64,000 nt of DNA from Patescibacteria group bacterium. Its GTDB lineage: Bacteria; Patescibacteriota; UBA1384; JACPKC01. How positions within the stretch are numbered: the stretch's first letter is position 1; every line of letters starts with the position of its first letter. Of this stretch, positions 41,358-54,727 are shown piece after piece. Below the pieces are notes generated by a model. The model made no database searches, had not been told where the DNA came from, and was given only the letters and a program-made list of their open reading frames with translations. The stretch is from positions 1,009 through 65,008 of the forward strand of contig JBMNRW010000002.1 of NCBI GenBank assembly GCA_050944875.1, written 5' to 3'. The position numbers and the translations under genes are program-made.

Positions 41358-41389
41358 ATGGCAAGTAAGAGTAGGTCGTCGATAATCCG

Positions 41390-41418
41390 TTTACGTCTTT
41401 GTACGCGGTAGGTACAAT
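41390..41418 (+). promoter_or_regulatory. promoter of the giant surface protein gene
   Basis: TTTACG-17 nt-TACAAT; AGGAGG RBS before GTG at 41448. Confidence 0.55.
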
Positions 41419-41447
41419 AGTTGCGAACTATGCGTAGGAGGGCAGGG

Positions 41448-44400
41448 GTGGATAATCGACCAGTTGATATTCAATCGCTTGATGAACAATTAGCCGCAAT
41501 TCAACGATCGACAAGGACAACGCTGCCGGCGCTCTTGCCTGCGCACGAGTGGCTTCGCGCGAACTCACGATTGTACTATCGGTGGCATGCCCAGTCGTAT
41601 GCTGAGCCAATTCACAAGCTAACTGCCTGGGGCGTGGTCGCGCTGTCCGTTGTAAAGATTGCAGCAATTGTTGTGCCATTGGTTAGCTCGCCAGGCAGTT
41701 CGCTTGCGGCTTCGAGCTGGACTCAGGCCAGTCAGGTGGAATTTTTAACAGGGACGACGGCTGGTGCGGCCACAGTGACAAATCTAAATGGCGGCGCAGT
41801 GACGCTCAACTCGTCTCAGTTTTCGCATAAGCGATCGGTTACCATTGACAATACGAATGGCGGCACGCTGACAGACGCACCCGTAAGGGTCGAGCTTACA
41901 AGTGAGAATTTTGATTTTACTGCAGCACAGGCCGATGGGGATGATATTCGGTTTTATGCGGCTGATGATACAACAGCGCTTGAGTATTGGACGGAGAGCT
42001 GGAACGCGAACGACCAGGTAGCGACAGTGTGGGTGAAGCTCCCCTCACTAAATGCAGGAGCGTCGACGATCGTACATCTTTACTCGGGCAATCCAGTCAT
42101 TGAGGGTGGGAGCGCAGCGCCATTCTCGGTCACTCCATCAACGGCCAATATGAGTCTTTGGCTGGATTCGAGTACCTTAAGCCAGGTAGACGGAGCGGCG
42201 GTAGCTAATTGGTCAGATCGACGGGGTCTTGCCGCCGAGGCTACACAGTTAATTGAACAGCATCAGCCAACCGTGCAGACGAATGAGCTCAACGGACATG
42301 CGGTTGTTCGTTTTGATGGTTTAGATGACTTTGTTTCTTTTGGTAATATCGATGATATTCGGACGGTTTTTTGGGTGTACAAGTACAACCCGGAAGCCGG
42401 GGCAGCGCATCGTCCGATGCTTGGTCATTCGGCTGTGCATCATTTCCATGGAGACAGTGCACAAAACATTTGGGGTGAGGATAGTTCAAGCTATGTAACC
42501 AGTGGAACAACGCGACTACATGGGGCGTCGATTGACGGTTTATCTACCCAATTGCCGACGTCGTTTAAATACATGTCTCTTGTGACCACGGATAATACTT
42601 CGGCTGATTCTTTTGCCAAGGATCGAGATACGGGCAATATGTTTTCGGGAGATTTAGCTGAGCTTATTATCTACAACGCTGCGCTCTCTGATTCAGATGT
42701 TAAATCCATCGAGTCATACTTGAACGGTAAGTATTTCTCCGTGGTGACGGTCGGGGAGGCGACGACACTGGATTTAGGTGGAACGTACACCTCTTCGTCA
42801 CATGATACGGCGCAGTTCTCAGATTTTTCGACGCTCAGTTGGAATGCAGTGGTACCCACTGGCACTGAGATTAAGTTTCAGCTGCGGAGTGCAGAATCAG
42901 AAGCTGATCTTACTAACGCGACATGGTATGGCCCAACTGGTACGAACGATTACTACGTAACGCCTGATACCGTTGTCAACGAGATCTCAAACGGCAAGCG
43001 CTGGGTTCAATATCAGGTGACTTTGAGTGCGGTTGAGAACGGTACATTTCCTGTGCTTGAAAGCGTTACGCTTGCATATGATACAGCAAGTCTCATAGTC
43101 ACCGAGCCTACAGGCCTTGCGATGGGCGTATATACAGTAAACAATCTGACGATTAATGGCGGGCAGACGCTTACACTTGCGGGTGGTACAACGCTCAATG
43201 TGTTCGGTGACTTAGTCCTTGATGATGCTGGTGGCGCTTCGCAGATTGTTTGTCAGGGAAGTAATAAGGCAGAGCGGATCGACGGCGAGTGGGTAGGTCG
43301 GGGATGTGTGGTTAATGTAGCTGGCGACACCGTGATTGACGCTAATTCAGCCATCACAGCAGATGGTCAGGGTTATACTGGCACACATCGTGGTGCTGGT
43401 AATGGTCCAGGGGGTGCGCCTGCTGGCGGAATCTACGCTGGTCCAGGTGGAAGTTATGGCGGTGTTGGGAGCTATGGCAGAGAAGATGGTACCGACGGCT
43501 TGCCTGGTCAATCGTACGGGGATGCCTTAGAGCCAATCGATCTTGGCTCAGCCGGCGGAAGTAGTACAAGTATGTATAGCTCCGGCGTCGGTGGTTCGGG
43601 CGGGGGTGCAATTCGACTAGATGTTCAGGGTACTATAGAGCTGAACGGTGAAATCTCTGCCAATGGTGAAGATGGTACAGGAAGTGGTACTTACGGCTCG
43701 GGTGGTGGTTCGGGTGGTTCAATTTGGATTACGGCCGGAACGTTAACCGGTGGTGGCACCATTGCGGCGAATGGTGGTGATGGTCGCGATGGTGACTGGG
43801 ATGGTGGTGGTGGTGGTGGGCGGATCGCAATTCACTATACGACGAACAATGGTTTCGATTTTACAAATGTCACAGCAACGTTAGGCGGTGGCGGCTTAAA
43901 TGCTGGCGAGAACGGAACAACCTATGCGCTTGCGAACGGACACTTACTAGTGTGGCAGCGTCTTGCAGTGGAGGGCGGGCGCAGTCTCTCGTACAGCAGT
44001 GTTCTCATTGAGAACGGCTCGTTGTTTGTGGTAGGCGGAGATAGTTCGCTGACGATTAGCGAGGACTTGACGGTAACGGGGGGCTCAACTCTGCAGCTTG
44101 AGGGTGCAAATCGCACAGGGAAGGTTGACGACCAGTGGCGAGGCACAGGCGTTGCAATTAATGCTGGAGATCTCGTTATTGATGCCGGTTCATCTATTAC
44201 GGCAGATGGTCAGGGTTATACTGGCACACATCGTGGTGCTGGTAATGGTCCAGGGGGTGCGCCTGCTGGCGGAATCTACGCTGGTCCAGGTGGAAGTTAT
44301 GGCGGTGTTGGGAGCTATGGCAGAGAAGATGGTACCGACGGCTTGCCTGGTCAATCGTACGGGGATGCCTTAGAGCCAATCGATCTTGGCTCAGCCGGCG

Positions 44401-47400
44401 GAAGTAGTACAAGTATGTATAGCTCCGGCGTCGGTGGTTCGGGCGGGGGTGCAATTCGACTAGATGTTCAGGGTACTATAGAGCTGAACGGTGAAATCTC
44501 TGCCAATGGTGAAGATGGTACAGGAAGTGGTACTTACGGCTCGGGTGGTGGTTCGGGTGGTTCAATTTGGATTACGGCCGGAACGTTAACCGGTGGTGGC
44601 ACCATTGCGGCGAATGGTGGTGATGGTCGCGATGGTGACTGGGATGGTGGTGGTGGTGGTGGGCGGATCGCAATTCACTATACGACGAACAATGGTTTCG
44701 ATTTTACAAATGTCACAGCAACGTTAGGCGGTGGCGGCTTAAATGCTGGCGAGAACGGAACAACCTATGCGCTTGCGAACGGACACTTACTAGTGTGGCA
44801 GCGTCTTGCAGTGGAGGGCGGGCGCAGTCTCTCGTACAGCAGTGTTCTCATTGAGAACGGCTCGTTGTTTGTGGTAGGCGGAGATAGTTTGCTGACGATT
44901 AGCGAGGACTTGACGGTAACGGGGGGCTCAACTCTGCAGCTTGAGGGTGCAAATCGCACAGGGAAGGTTGACGACCAGTGGCGAGGCACAGGCGGTGTAA
45001 TTAATGCTGGAGATCTCGTTATTGATGCCGGTTCATCTATTACGGCAGATGGTCAGGGTTATACGGGAGTATGTCATGGCGCCCCGAACGGTCCTGGCGG
45101 TGCAACTGTCGGTGGCTTCCATGCTGGTCCGGGTGGAAGCTACGGTAGCTTGGGAAAATATGGCAACGCGAATGGCGCTGATGGTACGCCAGGTCAAACG
45201 TACGGTAATGCCTATGCGCCAATCGACCTCGGCTCAGCTGGTGGAGGTCTATCGAGCACCGGCGGTTGTGGCATTGGTGGCTCGGGCGGTGGTGCGATTC
45301 GGCTTTATGTTCAGGGTACTTTAGAACTGAATGGAGAGATTACTGCCAACGGCTCTAATGGTGCGGGCGGCGGCGGTGGTTCTGGCGGCTCGATTTGGAT
45401 TACAACCGGAACATTAACTGGAAGTGGATCTGTGGCCGCAAATGGCGGTAACGGTGACCCGGCCAATAGTGCCAACGGTGGTGGTGGTGGTGGACGGATT
45501 GCAATAGGCTATGAGGAGCGTGTATCTGATTCCACAACCCGGTCAGCCGTTTGTGGTGCAGGCGGCTGGACGACAGGGTCGCAAGGCACGATCGTTTTTG
45601 GCGCACTGCCTCAGGTAAATTTAACTACTGAAGATGGGGCTATTATGCCTGCGCGACCGACCTTGAGTTTTTCTGCGTCGCATCCAGAGGGCAGGCAACT
45701 ATACATGAGCATACAGTATGTCGCGCGAGTTGGAGCTGATTGTTCGGAAGATGATTTTAGTGCTGCTGAAACAATCGATTCTGCGGCTATGAGTGAGGGC
45801 TGGAGTTCGGACGGCCTGTATGAGACGACTAGTGGTCCGGCGGCGGCTTCTTATACATTTACCGACGACCTTGGAAGTGGTTACTACTGCTGGCGCGCGA
45901 CGAGCCGCGTATCGATCGACGGATATACTGAGTGGGCTCGTTGGTCTGCTCCGCTTAGCTACGTTGTCGATGCGGCTCAGCCGGCAGCAGTGGTGCTCTT
46001 TACGGACTTTGATATGTACTACACTGATTCCAGTGCAATCCCAACATCCCTTACGGGAACGTCTGTTGATGATGATCAGGGCATGGGTTTGTATGCCAAT
46101 AGCTCAACATTCGCTGTATCGCGGGCACACGATGGAAAGTATTGGGATGGGACAGATTGGGCGAGTAGGCCGGTATATTTATCAACTACTCATCCTGCAA
46201 CAGAAAGTACCCACCAAGCTATTACGTGGAATTCGGCGGTGCAGTTGCCCAACTGGGAGGAGGGCGTATATACAATTCGTGTTCGTGCGATTGATAAGGC
46301 TGGCAATATGCTCACGATCCCCGCGGCCGGGTTTACGTACGACGAGACGCCTCCAGACGATATTGAAGAGGTTAGGGACGGTGACGATGAGATCGACGAC
46401 GACTTCACCGCCACGACGAGCGAGCTCGCTGCGAACTGGGTTGAGACCAATGACGCGACCGCGGGGCTCGAGCGCTACGAGTACGCAGTCGGCACCACTG
46501 ATGGCGGCTCCGACGTGCTCGGCTGGACGAGTAACGCGACGAATGTCACCATGACCGTGGAGGGTCTATCGCTCGCCGAGGGGGAGCAGTACTACGTCGC
46601 AACGCGGGCGATCGATCGCGCGGGAAACATTACGTCGATCTCGTCCTCGGACGGCATTGTCCCAGACGTCACGCCGCCAACGGCAGTGCCGGTCGTTGAC
46701 GAGCAGAAGACGGGGACGGACAACGGGCTAGTCAACTCAACGACGACGCTTTCCTTGACCTGGGAAGCTGCGACAGATGCGATCTCGGGAATTCAGAAAT
46801 ACCAGTACGCGCTTGGGACGACGCCCGGTGCAACCGATGTCGTGACGTGGACTGATAGTACGGCGCAGATTGCCAGCGTCAGTCGTACGGCTGGCTCCAT
46901 CGGTGTCGCAAACGCAGCGACAACGTATGAGCAGAGCGTGACGGGTTTGAGCCTCTCGAACGGCACAACGTACTTCGCGTCGGTCCGCGCGGTCGACAAT
47001 GCGGGGAACGCGTCAGCGCCGAAATCAACGGATGGAGTGACTGTCGATACGACGGCTCCAGATGCTCCGGTTATTACCTCGCCGGCTGCTGGCGCGACCG
47101 TCACCGACAGTACGCCAGTCATTACCGGAACGGCCGAGGCGAATAGCATAGTTGAGGTCAGGGTGAATGGCCGGACATATACGGCGGCAGCTGATGTGAA
47201 TGGCGGCTGGGCGGTTGAGGCAACAGACCCGCTGACTGCTGGCGTTCAGAACGATCTCGTCGTCCGAGCGATCGATGGCGCGGGGAACGCTTCAGTGAGG
47301 GCTGAGCGAAAGTTTGTCTACCAGGTGATTGCTCAAGGGATGATTATCGACTACCCCGAGGATGAGTCAGTCGTACTTGATCCAGTGACGGGAATGACCA

Positions 47401-49058
47401 TTCCGGTCGATGAGCGCTCCCTCGCGCCACGGATTGCGCTACAGGTGCGAGGCGTGACATTTAGCCTCGGCGATCCTCGCGTCGCCGAGCTGTTCCGTGG
47501 TGACGACGTCACTGTCATCGTAACGACCCCGCTTGGGAAGACGACCACCGGCGTACGCATCGACATCGCGGGCGTGGTGTACGAGCTCACGCTCCAGGAT
47601 GACGGGACGTACCGCCGGACGCTCACCTCGACCGAGATTGGCGATGCGACGACCGCGATCGTGACGCTCACATACGCTGATGGGATGACGGAGCAGCTCG
47701 CGATGGCGCTCCTCATTAACCCGTACGGCTACGTGTACGCACTCGATCGTGAGGGTCGGGAGATCCGAGTAAAGGACGCAGCTGTCCGTCTTGAGGTGCA
47801 GGGGGAAGATGGGTGGCAGCTCTGGGATGCCAGCCGCTTCGGCCAAGTGAACCCGCAGCAGACGACGCAGCAGGGTGAGTACGCGTTCGTCGTGCCGGCT
47901 GGTACGTACCAACTCGTTGTGACCGCGACCGGCTACCGAGGGTACTGGAGCGAGCCGCTGGTGGTGCTTGGTGAACCGATCAATCTGAACGTCCGCCTCG
48001 TCGAGCAAGGGGCAATCGAGCAATTCCTCACCGGACTCATTGGCACAGGAAGGGAGAGTGCGGTTGGCCAGCTGGTGGTGCAGCCGGCCGCGCAAACTGC
48101 GAACGCCGTTGCAGTATCGTTCGTCGCCCTTGTCACGCTTGGACTTGCGCTCGCGCCGACGCTTGTGGCCGGTGCATCAATCGCACCAGCGCTCGCGATG
48201 GCTGGCACTGCTGGCGCAGGCGTCGGTGCGAGCGGAGCGGGAATAGGGGCAGCAGGCGCTGCTGGTTCTGGCGCAGTCTCGCCGCTCACGAGCCTTATCT
48301 TCGCCATCACCTCGTGGTTCCGCCGGCACCGCCGCTACGGCCGGGTGTACGACGCAGCGACGAATATGCCGGTGGCAGGTGCAACGATCCGCCTCATTTC
48401 AGAAGGCGCGTGCGGGATCGAGAGCGGGAAGCTCATCGGGACGCAGGTAACGAATACCTTGGGGTACTATCATATTTACGCCGCGAAGGGCGCGTACCGC
48501 ATCGAGGTAATTGCCCCGAACTACGCATTCCCGTCGAAGGTTGCCCTGTTCGGGTACAAGGGCGAGGTGAAGTCGCTGCCGAGCGGCGGACTCTTGAATC
48601 CGGATGTTCCGCTCGACGGCCGGACGAAGCAGAACGCCGACGTGCTGGCGAACCTCCGGAGTGTCGCCGACCGCATCCGCAACGCCCGACTCCTCTTCCT
48701 CGTGCTTGGGACGATCGTTGCCCTTGCCTTTACCGTACTCGCGCCGTCGTGGCTGAGTGGTGCGGTGCTCGCAGTCTACGGCATGCTCTGGCTCAACGAC
48801 CTGTGGACTGTTGCTCGAGCGCGGCGTCGCGCGCTGGTGCTCTCTGACGGGAAGCCGGTTTGGCTCGCGATCGTCCGAGTGTACAACGAGGCGAAAGAAC
48901 TCGTCGCGACCTGCTCAACGGACAACCATGGGCAGTTCAGCGTCCTCCTTGCTCCTGGGAACTACGCGATTGAAGTTATGCAGTCCGGCCATAAGCTCCT
49001 CCGGAAAACCGTGCAGCAACCAACCCACGGCGACCTGAAGGTGACGCTCCGAGTCTAG
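41448..49058 (+). CDS. giant cell-surface protein (DUF2341, LamG-like, Gly-rich repeats, FN3/Ig-like, carboxypeptidase-regulatory-like, TM anchors)
   Basis: DGDDIRFY...LEYWTE...VWVKLP (DUF2341); GDLAELIIYNAALS (LamG-like); GGGSGGSIWI repeats; RAIDxAGN/DTTAP Ig repeats; C-terminal TM helices. Confidence 0.9.
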   Translation: MDNRPVDIQSLDEQLAAIQRSTRTTLPALLPAHEWLRANSRLYYRWHAQSYAEPIHKLTAWGVVALSVVKIAAIVVPLVSSPGSSLAASSWTQASQVEFLTGTTAGAATVTNLNGGAVTLNSSQFSHKRSVTIDNTNGGTLTDAPVRVELTSENFDFTAAQADGDDIRFYAADDTTALEYWTESWNANDQVATVWVKLPSLNAGASTIVHLYSGNPVIEGGSAAPFSVTPSTANMSLWLDSSTLSQVDGAAVANWSDRRGLAAEATQLIEQHQPTVQTNELNGHAVVRFDGLDDFVSFGNIDDIRTVFWVYKYNPEAGAAHRPMLGHSAVHHFHGDSAQNIWGEDSSSYVTSGTTRLHGASIDGLSTQLPTSFKYMSLVTTDNTSADSFAKDRDTGNMFSGDLAELIIYNAALSDSDVKSIESYLNGKYFSVVTVGEATTLDLGGTYTSSSHDTAQFSDFSTLSWNAVVPTGTEIKFQLRSAESEADLTNATWYGPTGTNDYYVTPDTVVNEISNGKRWVQYQVTLSAVENGTFPVLESVTLAYDTASLIVTEPTGLAMGVYTVNNLTINGGQTLTLAGGTTLNVFGDLVLDDAGGASQIVCQGSNKAERIDGEWVGRGCVVNVAGDTVIDANSAITADGQGYTGTHRGAGNGPGGAPAGGIYAGPGGSYGGVGSYGREDGTDGLPGQSYGDALEPIDLGSAGGSSTSMYSSGVGGSGGGAIRLDVQGTIELNGEISANGEDGTGSGTYGSGGGSGGSIWITAGTLTGGGTIAANGGDGRDGDWDGGGGGGRIAIHYTTNNGFDFTNVTATLGGGGLNAGENGTTYALANGHLLVWQRLAVEGGRSLSYSSVLIENGSLFVVGGDSSLTISEDLTVTGGSTLQLEGANRTGKVDDQWRGTGVAINAGDLVIDAGSSITADGQGYTGTHRGAGNGPGGAPAGGIYAGPGGSYGGVGSYGREDGTDGLPGQSYGDALEPIDLGSAGGSSTSMYSSGVGGSGGGAIRLDVQGTIELNGEISANGEDGTGSGTYGSGGGSGGSIWITAGTLTGGGTIAANGGDGRDGDWDGGGGGGRIAIHYTTNNGFDFTNVTATLGGGGLNAGENGTTYALANGHLLVWQRLAVEGGRSLSYSSVLIENGSLFVVGGDSLLTISEDLTVTGGSTLQLEGANRTGKVDDQWRGTGGVINAGDLVIDAGSSITADGQGYTGVCHGAPNGPGGATVGGFHAGPGGSYGSLGKYGNANGADGTPGQTYGNAYAPIDLGSAGGGLSSTGGCGIGGSGGGAIRLYVQGTLELNGEITANGSNGAGGGGGSGGSIWITTGTLTGSGSVAANGGNGDPANSANGGGGGGRIAIGYEERVSDSTTRSAVCGAGGWTTGSQGTIVFGALPQVNLTTEDGAIMPARPTLSFSASHPEGRQLYMSIQYVARVGADCSEDDFSAAETIDSAAMSEGWSSDGLYETTSGPAAASYTFTDDLGSGYYCWRATSRVSIDGYTEWARWSAPLSYVVDAAQPAAVVLFTDFDMYYTDSSAIPTSLTGTSVDDDQGMGLYANSSTFAVSRAHDGKYWDGTDWASRPVYLSTTHPATESTHQAITWNSAVQLPNWEEGVYTIRVRAIDKAGNMLTIPAAGFTYDETPPDDIEEVRDGDDEIDDDFTATTSELAANWVETNDATAGLERYEYAVGTTDGGSDVLGWTSNATNVTMTVEGLSLAEGEQYYVATRAIDRAGNITSISSSDGIVPDVTPPTAVPVVDEQKTGTDNGLVNSTTTLSLTWEAATDAISGIQKYQYALGTTPGATDVVTWTDSTAQIASVSRTAGSIGVANAATTYEQSVTGLSLSNGTTYFASVRAVDNAGNASAPKSTDGVTVDTTAPDAPVITSPAAGATVTDSTPVITGTAEANSIVEVRVNGRTYTAAADVNGGWAVEATDPLTAGVQNDLVVRAIDGAGNASVRAERKFVYQVIAQGMIIDYPEDESVVLDPVTGMTIPVDERSLAPRIALQVRGVTFSLGDPRVAELFRGDDVTVIVTTPLGKTTTGVRIDIAGVVYELTLQDDGTYRRTLTSTEIGDATTAIVTLTYADGMTEQLAMALLINPYGYVYALDREGREIRVKDAAVRLEVQGEDGWQLWDASRFGQVNPQQTTQQGEYAFVVPAGTYQLVVTATGYRGYWSEPLVVLGEPINLNVRLVEQGAIEQFLTGLIGTGRESAVGQLVVQPAAQTANAVAVSFVALVTLGLALAPTLVAGASIAPALAMAGTAGAGVGASGAGIGAAGAAGSGAVSPLTSLIFAITSWFRRHRRYGRVYDAATNMPVAGATIRLISEGACGIESGKLIGTQVTNTLGYYHIYAAKGAYRIEVIAPNYAFPSKVALFGYKGEVKSLPSGGLLNPDVPLDGRTKQNADVLANLRSVADRIRNARLLFLVLGTIVALAFTVLAPSWLSGAVLAVYGMLWLNDLWTVARARRRALVLSDGKPVWLAIVRVYNEAKELVATCSTDNHGQFSVLLAPGNYAIEVMQSGHKLLRKTVQQPTHGDLKVTLRV
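43359..45064 (+). repeat. near-perfect in-frame tandem duplication, 843-bp period
   Basis: GCAGATGGTCAGGGTTATAC recurs at 43359, 44202 and 45045; shadow ORFs repeat with the same 843 offset. Confidence 0.97.
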
Positions 49059-49087
49059 ACTGCTAGCTCGGAGCGTTGGCCAAGGGC

Positions 49088-49116
49088 TTGACAACGACAG
49101 AAACCAATCGTACGAT
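49088..49116 (+). promoter_or_regulatory. 23S-5S rRNA promoter
   Basis: TTGACA-17 nt-TACGAT; possible second promoter TTGAAC-17-TATGTT at ~49165-49193. Confidence 0.8.
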
Positions 49117-49378
49117 GCGCGAGGACATGACGAATTCACGGAACAACCAGGAGGAAAACGGCCGTTGAACTTCGCCGCAACGTGTGGTATGTTCCGGCCG
49201 CCTCGAGCGGTTTTTACTTTCCTTCCCGCCGGCACCCTGCTGACTCACCCGAGTCGCCAGAGTAGCGCCGAGAAGCGTCACCTTGAAAAGCTGGAAATTG
49301 AGACTATGGCAATTGCACCGAGAAGAATTCTCTGAATGAATTGCGGCCGAAGGTCGTAGAACGCGTGTTCTGCGGTTC

Positions 49379-52362
<2,984 letters not shown>

Positions 52363-52422
52363 AACCGCAGAGCGGAGCGTTCGCTCGGTGCAATTGTCGT
52401 AGTCTCAGTGTAGTGTCCAGTG

Positions 52423-52540
<118 letters not shown>

Positions 52541-52561
52541 CAGTGGACAGTACCTCGGAAG

Positions 52562-52584
52562 GCGCGGCAGTTCGCCGCGTTTTT
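52562..52584 (+). terminator. terminator after 5S
   Basis: GCGCGGC-AGTTC-GCCGCGT then TTTT. Confidence 0.7.
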
Positions 52585-52655
52585 GCGTAGATGGTACGCC
52601 ACGACGGTGGGATCCGTACGTTGAGAAATCGGAAACGTGGGAGGAAAAAAGACTA

Positions 52656-53087
52656 ATGACCCTTATGGTTGAGGTTTCGGCACCCCAGACGACGGGGAAG
52701 GTCATCTACCGGCAGCTCCCGGGCGTGGATCTGCCGCGGGCGATCATCGCCCACGCGCCGCAGGGCGGTCTCCTGCAGTTCTCGGCCAAGCGGCTGCGCA
52801 AGGCGCTCTTCGGCCGGGAGCTCTGGCTCAAGCGTCGGTTCGGCTTCGACTCGATCGACGAGGCGATCGACTGCATCATGAAGCGAGTCGACGCCTGCGT
52901 GGTCGAGGAGTTCCTCGAGGCACTCCGGTACAAGGGGCCGGGCGTCGTCCGGGTCTCGGTGCGCGTGGACTGGGCGGTCGTCCGTCACAGCTTCCGGATC
53001 GCGCCGGACCGGCCGAATAAGTCGGGGTTGCCCGACAGCGAACTGCGACTGATTCGTCAGATTGGTGGCGAGCTCAGGTTCGCGTAG
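52656..53087 (+). CDS. hypothetical protein (143 aa)
   Basis: GGAGG RBS; strong host-like codon bias; terminator downstream. Confidence 0.7.
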   Translation: MTLMVEVSAPQTTGKVIYRQLPGVDLPRAIIAHAPQGGLLQFSAKRLRKALFGRELWLKRRFGFDSIDEAIDCIMKRVDACVVEEFLEALRYKGPGVVRVSVRVDWAVVRHSFRIAPDRPNKSGLPDSELRLIRQIGGELRFA

Positions 53088-53117
53088 AGTAGGGACAATC
53101 AGGAATGCGGATCCCAT

Positions 53118-53151
53118 GCGGGGTGGCCTAGAGGCCGCCCCCTTTTTCTTT
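53118..53151 (+). terminator. intrinsic terminator
   Basis: GGGGTGGCCT-AG-AGGCCGCCCC then T-rich tail. Confidence 0.7.
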
Positions 53152-53183
53152 GCCCGTGGTATACTTTCCCCAAAAGGAGGGTT

Positions 53184-53339
53184 ATGCACTGGATTACGCT
53201 CATTCTTGGGATTTGGATCTTCATCACCCCATGGCTTCTGGGGTTCGCGACGAATGCGGCGGGGCTGTGGAGCAATGTTGTGGTTGGGTTGGTCCTCGTC
53301 GTCGTCTCGATCTACGGTCTCTCGAGCACTGAAGCGTAG
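53184..53339 (+). CDS. SPW-repeat small membrane protein (51 aa, below the ORF-track cutoff)
   Basis: AGGAGG RBS; MHWITLILGIWIFITPWLLGFATNAAGLWSNVVVGLVLVVVSIYGLSSTEA. Confidence 0.85.
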   Translation: MHWITLILGIWIFITPWLLGFATNAAGLWSNVVVGLVLVVVSIYGLSSTEA

Positions 53340-53390
53340 ATCTGTCGCCGGTATGGAATAGCGGGAGGGGGGGGTCTCTTCCGTTCTTCC

Positions 53391-54710
53391 ATGTCTTCGA
53401 CGCGGCTCATCATTGACTTCCACGTCCACTCGCGGTTTGCGCGGGCGTGCTCGAAGACGCTGACGCTCCCAAACATGGCCGCATGGGCGGCGGTCAAAGG
53501 CATTGACGTGCTCGGGACGGCGGACTTCACCCACCCGGTGTGGCTTAAGGAGATACAGGCTCAGCTCGTCGAGGCTGGCCAGGGTGTGTACACGCTCAAG
53601 GCGAAGCATGGCGTTTCGTTGCCGTACGACGTGGTTGCGCCGAGACCAGTCCGCTTTCTCTTGACCCACGAGGTCGCGACGATCTGGAGCCAGGGCGGGA
53701 AGCTCAGGCGCATGCACACCGTGCTCGTGGCGCCGGACATGCGGGCGGCCGAAGCGTTGACCGAGCAACTCACGCCCCGAGGAAAACTCGGCGCGGACGG
53801 TCGGCCAATCCTCGGCATGAGTGCCCGCGAGCTCGCTGTGATCGCCTGGGGCGTCGACGAGCGCTACCTCGTCATTCCGGCACACGCGTGGACGCCGTGG
53901 TTCGCAGTGTTCGGGAGTCAGTCTGGATTCGATTCGCTCGAGGAGTGCTTCGGCGACCTCACCCCGCGCATTCTCGCCGTCGAGACGGGGCTCTCGTCCG
54001 ACCCCACGATGAACTGGCAGCTCTCGGCGCTCGACTCGGTCGCGCTCATCTCCACCTCGGACGCGCACTCGCCGGATAACCTCGGCCGCGAAGCGACAGT
54101 GTTCCAGACTGAAGACGAGCTCTCGTTTGACCTCGTCGCGGCGATGCTGCGCGCCGGGGCGCCAGCTCGGTCGGCCGAGCGGTCGACGTGGAACTACCTC
54201 GACTACACGATCGAGTTCTTCCCGGAGGAAGGGAAGTACCACAACGACGGCCACCGGACGTGCGGGGTTTCGTGGACGCCTGAGGAGCGGAAGCGTCACA
54301 ACGGGCTGTGCACTAGCTGCGGCAAGCCGGTAACAGTCGGCGTGCTCTCACGGATCGACGACCTTGCCGACCGTCCGCACGGCTTCGTGCCGGACGGCGC
54401 GCCTGGGTACCGCAACATCGTGCCGATCCGCGACATCGCGAGTAGTACGCTTGGCGTCGGGAAGAAAGCGAAGGCGGTCGACAAGCTCTACGAACAGCTC
54501 GTAACGAAGGTGGGGCCGGAGTTCGACGTTCTCCTTGATGCTGAGCTTGAAGCAATCCGGCGGGCGAGCTCCGACGAGTTCGCTGAGATTGTCGGTGCGA
54601 TGCGGCAAGGGCAGGTCTCGGTGCGCCCTGGCTACGACGGCGTGTATGGCGAGCTTCTCTTGCCTGATCGGAATCGGTCACGGCAGGCGAATTTGTTCCA
54701 GCAATCCTAA
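53391..54710 (+). CDS. endonuclease Q family protein (PHP domain + zinc finger)
   Basis: DFHVHSRF, GTADFTHP, PAHAWTPW, ETGLSSD, SDAHS, EGKYHNDGHR, PGYDGVYG. Confidence 0.9.
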   Translation: MSSTRLIIDFHVHSRFARACSKTLTLPNMAAWAAVKGIDVLGTADFTHPVWLKEIQAQLVEAGQGVYTLKAKHGVSLPYDVVAPRPVRFLLTHEVATIWSQGGKLRRMHTVLVAPDMRAAEALTEQLTPRGKLGADGRPILGMSARELAVIAWGVDERYLVIPAHAWTPWFAVFGSQSGFDSLEECFGDLTPRILAVETGLSSDPTMNWQLSALDSVALISTSDAHSPDNLGREATVFQTEDELSFDLVAAMLRAGAPARSAERSTWNYLDYTIEFFPEEGKYHNDGHRTCGVSWTPEERKRHNGLCTSCGKPVTVGVLSRIDDLADRPHGFVPDGAPGYRNIVPIRDIASSTLGVGKKAKAVDKLYEQLVTKVGPEFDVLLDAELEAIRRASSDEFAEIVGAMRQGQVSVRPGYDGVYGELLLPDRNRSRQANLFQQS

Positions 54711-54727
54711 GTACGCCCTGGAGGGGA

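Noticed and set aside
43359-45064. CRISPR array, or DGR template/variable repeat pair
   Set aside because: In-frame coding duplication without spacers; mismatches are not adenine-specific and no reverse transcriptase or cas gene is present
35563-49058. Integrative element at tRNA-Ala
   Set aside because: No integrase and no duplicated tRNA 3' end (attR) found by eye
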